Source of the DNA: Octopus bimaculoides
Taxonomy: Eukaryota
NCBI RefSeq assembly: GCF_001194135.2
Contig: NC_068987.1
Coordinates: 3,695,408-3,759,407, forward strand
Direction of reading: 5' to 3'
DNA: 64,000 nt
The translations under genes and the position numbers were made by a program. Positions 38,111 through 48,068 of this stretch are shown one piece after another. The notes under the pieces were generated by a model. The model did no database searches. It had not been told where the DNA came from and saw only the letters and a program-made list of their open reading frames with translations. Numbering within the stretch: the first letter of the stretch is position 1; each line of letters opens with the position of its first letter.

Positions 38111-39068
38111 AATTACAGCTTTTGTTTTTNNNNNNNNNNNNNNNNNNNNNNNNNNNNNNNNNNNNNNNNNNNNNNNNNNNNNNNNNNNNNNNNNNNNNNN
38201 NNNNNNNNNNNNNNNNNNNNNNNNNNNNNNNNATACAAACTTTGAAAGAGAAATTAGTTGTTGTGTCATTATCATAAATCTTTTTTGTTTTGTTTTATTT
38301 TTATTGCAAGTTTGTATTAGGAAGTTTATATTTTTGATATTATGTATTGCAGTCTCAATTCCTAACCAATGTTTTTTGAAAAAAAAAGTCTTTTGATGCC
38401 ACTGTCTTGCAGATATCATAACTGAATGTTTCCTTTGCAGTGCATCGTCTTCATTTGGAAGGCATAGAACTTAGATCACTCTGACTCCTTTTCTTACCAT
38501 AGTTCTGCTGAAATATGCATCCTTTCTTTTAACTGATTTTAAAATAACGAAGAAATTAGCAAAATAGCAGTCATTAAGCTGATGTTTGAAACATTTACAT
38601 GAAATTGTTATGAAAGGTTTTTATTTATATCACTTTTAAAACAGGTAGTTTGTATCGTATCATCAGGGGTGGTCTCAGATGGATTGGTGGTACACTGCCT
38701 TTGTTTCAATTAATCTTTAAAACAACCAGGTCATTATTAAGCCTTTTGTTACGATATTTCTGTTGAAATACACTGCTGTTGTTTCAATTAATCTTGATAA
38801 TAATGAAGTATTTAGTAAAATGACTTCACAGATATTAAACCAGTATTTGGAACATAATTTTACATGCAATTTTGATAGAAGGTCCTTTTAAAAATCCTTT
38901 TAAAAGATACTTTAAAAAAAAAAAGAGTTTGTTTCGTAGAACCAGGGGTTCGTTCCAAGCAGTTAGGTATCAAAAGGGTTACAATGATATTTGGAACAGA
39001 TTAATGTGAAATATTGGTGTAAGATTGTAGATTACTTTAGATTACTTTAAAATAGAATATTTCTGTCA

Positions 39069-39298
39069 TTAACCCTTTCGTTACTGTATTTCTTTTGAGA
39101 TGCTCTGTGTTTCTTTCAATTAATTTTAAATAAAACAAAGAATTTAGTAAAATAACTTAGTTATCATTAAGCTAGTGTTAGGAACATAAATTGTGACTAA
39201 GGTTTGGTGGAAGATTTTAATTCAGAACTTTTGAAAACAAGACATTTGTACTACAGAGCCAGAACCGGCTTCAGCTGGGTTGGTATCAAAAGGGTTAA
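39069..39298. mobile_element. piggyBac-type MITE family C
   Basis: TTAA-CCCTTT...AAAGGG-TTAA termini. Near-identical bodies at about 17780-17997, 50709-50880 and 57661-57888. Diverged relatives at 37108-37333, about 38475-38975 and about 56560-56790. Confidence 0.85.
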
Positions 39299-39376
39299 AC
39301 CAAGACAGTGTCAGGCAGGTTGGTACCAGGAGTTAAATAATATCCAGAATATTCCATACTTGTTTGTTTTTCTACT

Positions 39377-39605
39377 TTAACCCTTCAGCATTCAGATTAG
39401 TCTGTCAAATGTAATGTTTATTTATTCACATTGTTTTGAATTAATCATGTTTTATCTCATAGCTTTGAAATTTTTATGATGTGATTGTATATTTTATAGA
39501 GTGACATTGTAGGATAGGTGTGAGAGGCTGAATCTGGCCAGTTTGAAATTAGAATGGGTTAAATATTTGGGCCTTACATGGCCAGTTTAAATGCTAAAGG
39601 GTTAA
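39377..39605. mobile_element. piggyBac-type MITE family D
   Basis: TTAA-CCCTTCAGCATT...AATGCTAAAGGG-TTAA termini. Relatives at 35981-36210, 36369-36756 and 45049-45210. Confidence 0.85.
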
Positions 39606-40130
39606 AAAAAAAACAACTGTAAACCAGAATATGACAAACTGAAGTAGAAATATTAAAGTACATCCAAATTATAAATCCTATTTATCGTATCTTTCAAATC
39701 TATTTCCTACACAACCTGTATTCTTGTTTATTGCCCTGAATTCTTGAATTGAATTCAGATCTGCTCTAATGGCTTTTAATATTTTTTTGTTTTATACAGT
39801 ATTTAGCACAGCTGAACACTGCTCTTTTTCTATGTCTCCATTTTAGATATAAAATGTTGTATTTGTATGGACATGTTTTTATACTTTGTCATAATAATAA
39901 TAATAATCACGACATATGTAATTACTATATTATCCAATATTTTCACAAAGCTTTTTTATGTCTATTGTATTTTATTACTATTATTCTTGTTATTATTGTT
40001 GTTGCCTCTCAGATTACTAGGTGTTTGTCATTTTAGTTGTAAAACTACATTGAGAGTAAACTGTATGGAATCTGTACCTTCATAGCTCTGTTTTCAAAAG
40101 AAGAAATAATCTGTGGCTTGTTTCTTGCAG

Positions 40131-40230
40131 CAATATGTGATGATGAATATGACAGAAAAATGACAGAATGGTTTAACATTATCAATGAAAAAAATGAACT
40201 TGTCAGGAAAGAACATTATTTAGTTTTCCA
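40131..40230 (+). CDS. MICALL1/2: MICAL-like protein exon, bMERB domain (WF motif)
   Basis: TTTCTTGCAG acceptor and GTAAGT donor. TICDDEYDRKMTEWFNIINEKNELVRKEHYLVF matches bMERB 'LMxxWFxLxxEKxxLVRxExEL'. Phase 1 to 2. Confidence 0.92.
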
Positions 40231-40311
40231 GTAAGTTCTATTGAGTTTCTTTATTCAGTCACCATAAATCTTTCTACCGTATATTTCTCAGACAAATAGA
40301 CACTGGCCTGG

Positions 40312-40695
40312 GACTGTGTGGTCAAGAAGCTCAGTTTGCAGCCATCTGGTTTCAAGTTCAGTCCCACTTGGGCAAGTGTCCTCTATTATAGCCCCAGGTC
40401 AACCAATGCCTTATGGCTGAATTTTGTAAATGGAAACTGTCTGGAAGCATGTCACAGGTGTGTGTGTGTGTGTTTGTATTTGCGCCCACCCCCACCAAAT
40501 CATTGCTTGACAACTTCAGTTGTTTTGCTTACATCCCCACCATTTAGCAGTTCAGTAAAAGAGACCAATTGAATAAGTACCAAACTTTAAAACAAAGGTA
40601 AAAAAAATTGTACTGAAGTGGATTTGTTCAACCAAACTTCTTCAAGATGGTGCCCCAGCATGGCCACAGTCCAGTGACTAAAATAAGTAGAACAG
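40312..40695 (+). mobile_element. SINE family A (decayed)
   Basis: Family A head, core and tail, starting about 80 nt after exon 40131-40230. Confidence 0.75.
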
Positions 40696-40942
40696 AAAAG
40701 GTAAATCAATTAACTATTCCCTGATCCACACACAAGGACAAAATAATTCCACTGTGTTGGCCCCTAGTATTTTATCTGGGATCTGTTGAAAAGGAGGAAG
40801 GGCAAAGCTAAGCTCGGCATATGGAAATGTAGCCTCAATACTACAAGATATTGCATTCTAATGGCATGACTGTTTGGTTTACATTTGCAGATCCTTACCC
40901 CCCCCCTATCCCCCTTACCCCAGTCCAGTAATGTAAAATAAA

Positions 40943-41366
40943 ACAGTTCTATATTTAAGAGATGAGGAATTATGTACATTATTTACATTCGACGGATATT
41001 TGTCCTCATCTTGTTTGTTGTTAACACGTTTCGGTTTATATACCCTCCAGCCTTCATCAGGTGTCTTGGGGAAATTTCGAACCTGGGTTCTCATTCCTAA
41101 GGTATTTTTTGATGTTGTTATTATTATTATTATTATTATTATTCAAGTCACTGCCTGGAATCTTGGGGTTAAGAGCGCAGGCTACTAACCCCAAGATTCC
41201 AAGTTTGATTCCAGGCAGTGACTTGAATAATAATGATAATAATAATAATAATAATAACAACAACATCAAAAAATACCTTAGGAATGAGAATCCAGGCTGG
41301 AGGGTATATCAGCCGAGACGTTGTGTTAACAACAAACAAGATGTGGACAAATATCCATTAAATGTA
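40943..41366. mobile_element. Fold-back insertion of tRNA-headed family F repeat with hammerhead-like motif
   Basis: Inverted arms of about 200 bp around a 14-nt loop at about 41171-41184. tRNA-like head 'ggttaagagcgcaggctactaaccccaag...gtttgattcc'. Flanked by the direct repeat AATGTAAAATAAA (40930-40942 and 41367-41379). Confidence 0.8.
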
Positions 41367-41423
41367 AATGTAAAATAAACTGTCAAGTTGCATTTGGTTT
41401 TCATTTTTTTTTTTTTCTTGTAG

Positions 41424-41494
41424 TCTTGAAGAACAAGAACTTCTGAAGGAGCAAGTTCACATTGATCATGAACTCCAAGAACTCCAAAATTCAC
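41424..41494 (+). CDS. MICALL1/2: MICAL-like protein exon, bMERB domain
   Basis: Poly-T + GTAG acceptor and GTAAGT donor. (H)LEEQELLKEQVHIDHELQELQNS is comparable to 'QQxLExxQxDIExELRxL'. Phase 2 to 1. Confidence 0.88.
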
Positions 41495-41591
41495 GTAAGT
41501 TCTTTACTTTATTTGAAAATTGAAATACTTTGCTGCCAAATCTAGCTAGAAATTTCCTAATGCTACTGGTCAAGCCAGAATGGACTACTCT

Positions 41592-41626
<35 letters not shown>

Positions 41627-42026
41627 ATTGTGGTTAATGTAAATGTATTTTAATTATTGTTAACAAGACTTCTCAAATTATTTCCTCATGCCTCTATTTC
41701 ATTAGAGTTAATTAGCATTCTTGAGCAAGTCTTTTTGTTTATATTGACTCACTATATTTCTGTTCCATCACTCACATCGGCCTCACCTGTCAACACACGT
41801 TTGGCTGAGCTTTACAAAGAAGCCTCTGCAAAGTCGTTTGGCCTGCTAGAAATCATATTGAAAACCTCCCTCATCTCACACCCTATTGTCTTAAAAAGGA
41901 CGGTTGTTAGTTTTCTACTCTGCAATCACTGCTTCTGCTTTCCCTTCATCCACTGAGATGTGAAACTTTCTGAGAAGCTGACAAACTAGTTTCATCTGGA
42001 TCCCTATTTCATTTATTTTCATTAGC

Positions 42027-42060
<34 letters not shown>

Positions 42061-42602
42061 GTATTATTATTATTATTTGACAGGATTTGCAATAACAGCC
42101 TGATTTGTTGATATAGAAATAAGCCTGACTGTCTTTATGATTACTTCTAAACTAGAATAAATAGGACTGAGAGCAGAACTTTCTAGATCTAGATTCCATC
42201 GTGAGTCTACAAATGATTTTCAATTTATTTTTAACGTCTTTTCCCAACCATTTATAGTTTTTTTTAACTCGAGTAACAAGCCTGTTTCAGCCTTACCCGT
42301 AGCTCTTTATGCATTCATTATCCTAATTGGTTTACATCCTTGTAACTCTGTAGCAGGATGCTGATGGTTCTTCTAAAGATATTTGTTTGAATTCATTGAC
42401 TGTTGGTTGAATGAAAACTGAGATTGTGAGGATTGGGAAGAAGTGGCGAAAGTTTTATGGAAGACATAACAGAAGATTAAGATACATTGAAAGATGTTAT
42501 GTTGCAGATCTTTCCTAATCCATAAAACAGATGGAAGTCCAGTAATGATAGAATGTACTGTAGTTTCTGACAATTTGCTATCTCAATAATGGTTCTCTGT
42601 TA

Positions 42603-42830
42603 AGGTGGCAAGGAGCTGGCAGAAACGTTAGCACACTGGACAAAATGCTTAGTGGTATTTCATCTGTCTTAACGTTCTGAGTTCAAATTCCGCCAAGGTC
42701 AACTTTGCCTTTCATCCTTTCGGAGTCAATAAAATAAGTACCAAATGTGTATTAGGGTTGTTGTAATTGACTGGCCCCCCCCTCCCCAAATGTTTCAGGC
42801 CTTGTGCCAAGAGCAGAAAAGAATAATGGT
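42603..42830 (+). mobile_element. tRNA-derived SINE family G
   Basis: 'ggcaaggagctggcagaaacgttagc...gttctgagttcaaattccgcc.aggtcaactttgcctttcatccttt'. Related copies lie at about 24830-25010 (+) and 21600-21790 (-). Confidence 0.8.
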
Positions 42831-43019
42831 TCTCTGTAAAAACTGATAGAATCTGGTGCATGACTTGCCTGTGTCCTGTTTCTCTCCTCCTTCCTATGTA
42901 CTGTTTCTTTTCAGATATGAAATTAAGATTACTCTTGAAGATAATCCAAAAGTCTATTCACCAAAAATATTGTATAATTAATGCAGTTCAATAAAACTAA
43001 CTATTTCTTGCAGAACCTC

Positions 43020-44600
43020 TCATATCAGAAGTACCAAAATACAAGCCTTTAGGAATAGCCAACTGTCCTCCACTGCATAAGGTCTTTATCTCTTTTCCAT
43101 AATGACATTTGTCATTGCTTTGTAGAAGCCTCTCATCACGACGACAACTTTCAGCACCTCACTTTTGGTCTGGAATTTTTTTCCTTATTCTTATCCTCCA
43201 AGATCACTACCACCTTTTGTTCTTATCACTTGTCTCCAAGTATTACATCCTATGCTTGTCCATCCAACCAACCATTTTCTCCACCCACTATTTCTGGGAT
43301 GGTCATGGGAGCAGAATTCTCGGGCACCTCCTCCATAGGGCCCGCTCACAAGCAACAGTCAGTAGACATTCCAGATTCTTAAGCATGACCAACCGAGACT
43401 TGGGATATTATCCAAACATCTTCTTGGCCAATCTCTAGGTTTTCTCCTGATTGGCTTTGTTTGAAGAATCTTACAGTCCTTCCCTACACCATTCTAATTA
43501 CATGTCCATGGTACTGTATTTCCAAAGAATAAAGTTTAACCTAGTTGTCAGCACCATAGAAACTCTACCATCCTCCACATGTCCCTAAACGACTCACTCT
43601 CCAGACATTCTTTGCTAGTTTCTGTGAATTACCTTTAACAACAAAATGCTTCATTTTTGGCTCATTCAAACCAGTTCAGCGAATATGTTTCATTGTCATC
43701 TGTGAGGTTGTGAGGTGTTCACACACAATCAAAACACCTGAAGGTTAACCATCATCAAAGTAAAAAATGCTTTCAGACATTGCACAGCCTGCATCTTCCC
43801 TCACCTCCCAAACTACACTCAGGTTTTCTGTTTGAGGTGCGAGTAAGAAAAGAAAAAAATGTTGGGTGATGTAAAAAGGGATAACAGCTTCTCTGATTGA
43901 GACAATTGCTAGGGAAGCAAATTAAGGAAACAATGGATTTACTGGTGTTTAAAGTTTTTAGAAAGAGTGCAAGAAAAATAAAGTTGTGCACAAGAATGGC
44001 TTTAGGGAGAGGTGATGCCATTGAGATGGTTGTGCTGAGTGCAGGAGGCACAATCATTGAACAATTAATGATTGTCGGAGCATTTGATAGAGATCACAGA
44101 TGAAGTTAATGGCCTGGAGAATAAATGCTCTCTTTGAGAGAAACTGAAAGCTAACATTTAAAGGACAAAGATGAATTACTGTGATGGTTGTTTCCATGTA
44201 CTTCACGAATTTCACCTTTTGGAAAGAAATTGGGCTGTCAAGTGTAGCCTGGAGAGTAAAGACAGGTTAATGAGAACAGGTGAGCAAAGACCTGACAACT
44301 GGTTCTAATAGTAAGAAAGTAAAACCTGGTAGATGGAATCATGGTTGGAGCAACATCTTCAGAAGTGTGTTGAGAAAGAAGAATGGTTTGATTGTTTCTG
44401 ACAGACATTGACACATGTCAAAAAATTAAGAAATTTGGTAGAGTTTGGAAGAGTTAGAGAACTATATTCACTGCCTACTTTGCCTTGTTAGAATATTGTA
44501 GAATAAATAATTGGTGGAGTTGGGATGAGATAAAAATCTGTATTTGCTGCTTGCTTTGCTTCGAATTCTACACTGCATAGGCATAAAACAAAACCCCTCC
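43020..44600. mobile_element. Heavily decayed retroelement-like sequence (possibly Penelope-like), two oppositely oriented segments
   Basis: A pyrimidine-rich then purine-rich composition switch near 43780, resembling the decayed PLE-like stretches at about 14700-16030 and 18180-18500. No intact ORF. Confidence 0.3.
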
Positions 44601-45554
44601 CTGTTGACACCCCCCCCCCTCACACCTGCCTCATGTTCGCACAACTGTAAACCCCAACAATGTGACCAAGCTCAACAATGTTCCTTTTTTCTATGACCTT
44701 CAAGCACTGCACTCCTCAGCTAGCTCCTAGTTTTTTTTTTTGTCTTTTTTTTTCAAACCCTTCAGTCAATTTTTTTACAGGAATATATTTGTTATTGATG
44801 TATTTCCCATGTGAAGTTCTTCACCATCATTAAACTAGAGCTAAAAAGAACTTTTATTTTAGTGTTGGTTACTCTATAAGCATTAACTGTTTAACATTCA
44901 GATTACTCACTCAAATTGAAAGGTTTATTCATTCACATTGTTCTGAATTAACTGATTAAATACCAACCTGATTAAAAACCAACCTATTTGGTTCTGTTAT
45001 ACAATCTTCCCCCTTTTTAAAATGGTCTAAATTTCATCAAAATTTCCTTTAACCCTTTAGCATTTAAACTGGCAGTGAATAAAACAGAAGCAGGGTTATA
45101 AAATGGTTAATCATGCATTATCTTGATGATGGGATTGTTTATTTTTAGAACAACATTGTAGGGAAGGTGTGAGAGGCTGGATATGGCCAGTTTAAATGCT
45201 GAAGGGTTGAATTTTTCTCTGAACACCTTTTTACTGTATTTTACCCTGGTTATTCAATGCTCAAATAAAAATATATTTATATATATATAATCACTATATT
45301 GAGGGTGTCATGAAAGAACAAAAATATTTCTGCTACTCTTTGGTAAACCGCAGAAGCACTTGATACTTTTTGCTACATAGAGAATAGACTTCGATGAAGA
45401 GAGTTCAAATGAAACATTTAAACTGAAGCTAAAATGTAAATGTCTTTTTATAAATAAAACTGATTCTTCAGAATTTGTCTACTAATTAAGTGAATGCAGA
45501 GTAATTTTAATTAATAATTGCATTTTTTTTTTGTTTTTGTTTTTTTGTCTATTC

Positions 45555-46205
45555 NNNNNNNNNNNNNNNNNNNNNNNNNNNNNNNNNNNNNNNNNNNNNN
45601 NNNNNNNNNNNNNNNNNNNNNNNNNNNNNNNNNNNNNNNNNNNNNNNNNNNNNNNNNNNNNNNNNNNNNNNNNNNNNNNNNNNNNNNNNNNNNNNNNNNN
45701 NNNNNNNNNNNNNNNNNNNNNNNNNNNNNNNNNNNNNNNNNNNNNNNNNNNNNNNNNNNNNNNNNNNNNNNNNNNNNNNNNNNNNNNNNNNNNNNNNNNN
45801 NNNNNNNNNNNNNNNNNNNNNNNNNNNNNNNNNNNNNNNNNNNNNNNNNNNNNNNNNNNNNNNNNNNNNNNNNNNNNNNNNNNNNNNNNNNNNNNNNNNN
45901 NNNNNNNNNNNNNNNNNNNNNNNNNNNNNNNNNNNNNNNNNNNNNNNNNNNNNNNNNNNNNNNNNNNNNNNNNNNNNNNNNNNNNNNNNNNNNNNNNNNN
46001 NNNNNNNNNNNNNNNNNNNNNNNNNNNNNNNNNNNNNNNNNNNNNNNNNNNNNNNNNNNNNNNNNNNNNNNNNNNNNNNNNNNNNNNNNNNNNNNNNNNN
46101 NNNNNNNNNNNNNNNNNNNNNNNNNNNNNNNNNNNNNNNNNNNNNNNNNNNNNNNNNNNNNNNNNNNNNNNNNNNNNNNNNNNNNNNNNNNNNNNNNNNN
46201 NNNNN
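45555..46205. other. Assembly gap (651 N), candidate location of the missing MICAL-like bMERB exon
   Basis: Run of N. The phase mismatch between exons 41424-41494 and 47279-47325, and the absence of the expected '...RExxLLxxLVxxVxxRxxIV..' segment in the readable sequence, point to a hidden exon. Confidence 0.5.
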
Positions 46206-46227
46206 ATATATATATATATATATATAT

Positions 46228-46386
46228 ACGAGGGGCTTCTTTGAGTTTCCGTCTACCAAATCCACTCACAAGGCTTTGGTTGGCCCAAAGCTACAGTAGA
46301 AGACACTTACCCAAGATGCCATGCAGTGGAACCAAACCCAGAACCATGTGGTTGGGAAGCAGAGTTCTTACCACACAGCCATGCCT
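46228..46386 (-). mobile_element. SINE family A 5' half (reverse)
   Basis: Reverse complement of the head and core, next to a gap. Confidence 0.8.
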
Positions 46387-46967
46387 GTGCCCTGTTGTTT
46401 TCGACGTAAGAACCTAGAAACTTCAAGGGAACACAAAAGATTTACTTTATCTACTTCAAGTTCAACCATTAAAAAAACCAATTAGTTCACTAAATATGTG
46501 TTTTTGTATAGTATCCTTATTGTTTATTTGTTGAATAGTTATGCAAATTATTAGATTAATTAATTTATTAGTTTATTTGATTAAACTCATGGAAAGTAAA
46601 AATATTCAAAATTGTTAATTTAAGAGCATTGAGCTCATTTTCTGAATTACTCTCGTTACATTTTGTATGAAATTTAATTCGTAGTTGAGAAGCAGAATTA
46701 ACTGGGTTTTACTGGGTATTAGTTGGTCACATATTAGTAATTGTATATGGGTAGCAAAAGTAGGGCAGAAGTTGATATGTTTGGGTAAATACCTGTTCTG
46801 GGGTGCTTATTACAACACAATTAGCAATTCTGTGTATACTGGAATTCCATTGATACTAAAGTTTTTACATATCATGAAAATTGTTTGAAATAAATATCAT
46901 TTGTGTACTTGATTTTTAATTTTATCACTTTTGTTTAAATAAAATAAAAAATTCAGAATAATTAACA

Positions 46968-47085
46968 TTTTTATTATTTACATTATTTACATTTGACGGA
47001 TATTTGTCCTCATCTTGTTTGTTGTTAACGCAACATTTCGGCTGATATACCCCCCAGCCTTCATCAGGTGTCTTGGGGAAGTTTC
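46968..47085 (-). mobile_element. Family F 3' fragment with near-intact hammerhead core
   Basis: Minus strand 47072-47027 reads GACAC CTGATGA A GGCTG GGGGGTATAT CAGCC GAAA TGTT GCGTT. Confidence 0.75.
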
Positions 47086-47278
47086 TATAAAATCTTAGTC
47101 TTGTGCTTATGTTAATGAGTAAAAGGACTTGTCCAAGATTTGCCAATGCATCATGTTACTTCTGTTGGCATTGAAAAATGGGAGGAGAGCAATTCTGATG
47201 CTAAAAAAAGACATAAATGAATTGTAAATCAGCCAAGGTGTCTTCGTTTCTAAACCATTTTTTGTTTGATTGTTTTAG

Positions 47279-47325
47279 ATATCAAGAAGAAGATGAAGGG
47301 ATTCAGGAAATGCTTTCAAAAAAAG
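47279..47325 (+). CDS. MICALL1/2: MICAL-like protein exon, end of bMERB domain
   Basis: TGTTTTAG acceptor and GTAAAA donor. (R)YQEEDEGIQEMLSKK matches the family 'RxxEEDxxLxxML' motif. Phase 2 to 1, which requires an unseen phase 1-to-2 exon upstream. Confidence 0.82.
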
Positions 47326-47694
47326 GTAAAATACCTTTTATTTTCTTATATTTCATTGTAATAATATTCAATAGCATTTATACTGATGTGTGTGTGTGTG
47401 TGTGTGTAAGTGCAGGCATGGCTATGTAGGTTAAGAAGCTTGTTTCCCGACCATGTGGTCTTGAGTTTAGCCCCATTGTGTGGCAGTGTTTCATGAAATC
47501 ATTGCTGGTTTGTAGGAAAATATTACCTTCATTAGAAACAGGTGAGAGTTTGTGAGAGAAAGGTCATCTGGCTGTAGAAAATCTACCTCAACAAATAAAT
47601 TTAATTCAATCTGGTCTATGCAAATGTGGAAAAATGGACATTAATTGGTGAGGAATTAATATATAAATATTTCGTGCCTTTTATAAAAGGCATC

Positions 47695-47990
47695 ATCATC
47701 ATCATTTAACGTCCGTTGTCTATGCTGGCATGGGTTGGACGGTTTGACCAAGGCTGGCAGACTGGAAGGCTGCACCAGACTCCAGTCTGATTTGGCAGAG
47801 TCTTCTACAGCTGGATACTCTTCCTCATGCCAACCACTCCAAGAGTGTAATGGGTACATTTACATGCCATTTGCATGACACTGGTATCTACCATGATTGC
47901 AATTTTGCTCAGCTTGATGGGTCTTCTTCTCAAGCACAACAGAATGCCAAGGGTCTCAGTCATTGCAGACGTTAAACTATGATGATGATG
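47695..47990 (-). mobile_element. Repeat family B (reverse) in the last MICAL-like intron
   Basis: Reverse complement of the core, plus an extension also seen at about 4740-4930. Confidence 0.75.
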
Positions 47991-48048
47991 ATATATATAT
48001 ATACACACACACACATATATATATTTTTGCTTTTTCTTTTATTTTCAG

Positions 48049-48068
48049 GATTTGTAGAAGATGATTGA
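48049..48068 (+). CDS. MICALL1/2: MICAL-like protein, probable terminal coding exon (GFVEDD*)
   Basis: Strong pyrimidine tract + TTTCAG at 48043-48048. Phase 1 gives G-F-V-E-D-D-TGA (stop 48066-48068). Confidence 0.7.

Noticed and set aside
41165-41225. tRNA gene candidates (also the heads at about 6225, 11000, 13770, 30130 and 48475)
   Set aside because: They have A/B-box-like motifs but no complete cloverleaf, and each continues into a SINE body.
42915-42975. Strong acceptor as a candidate for the missing bMERB exon
   Set aside because: No frame resembles the expected bMERB segment, and there is no donor giving phase 2.
43695-43740. Possible further hammerhead remnant (CTGTGA GGTTGTG...CACAATC AAAA)
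   Set aside because: Both core motifs are mutated and stem I is not evident; too decayed to support.
45301-45410. Vague resemblance to the missing bMERB segment (LVNRRS...ENRLR)
   Set aside because: It needs a frameshift, contains stops and lacks splice signals; probably chance.
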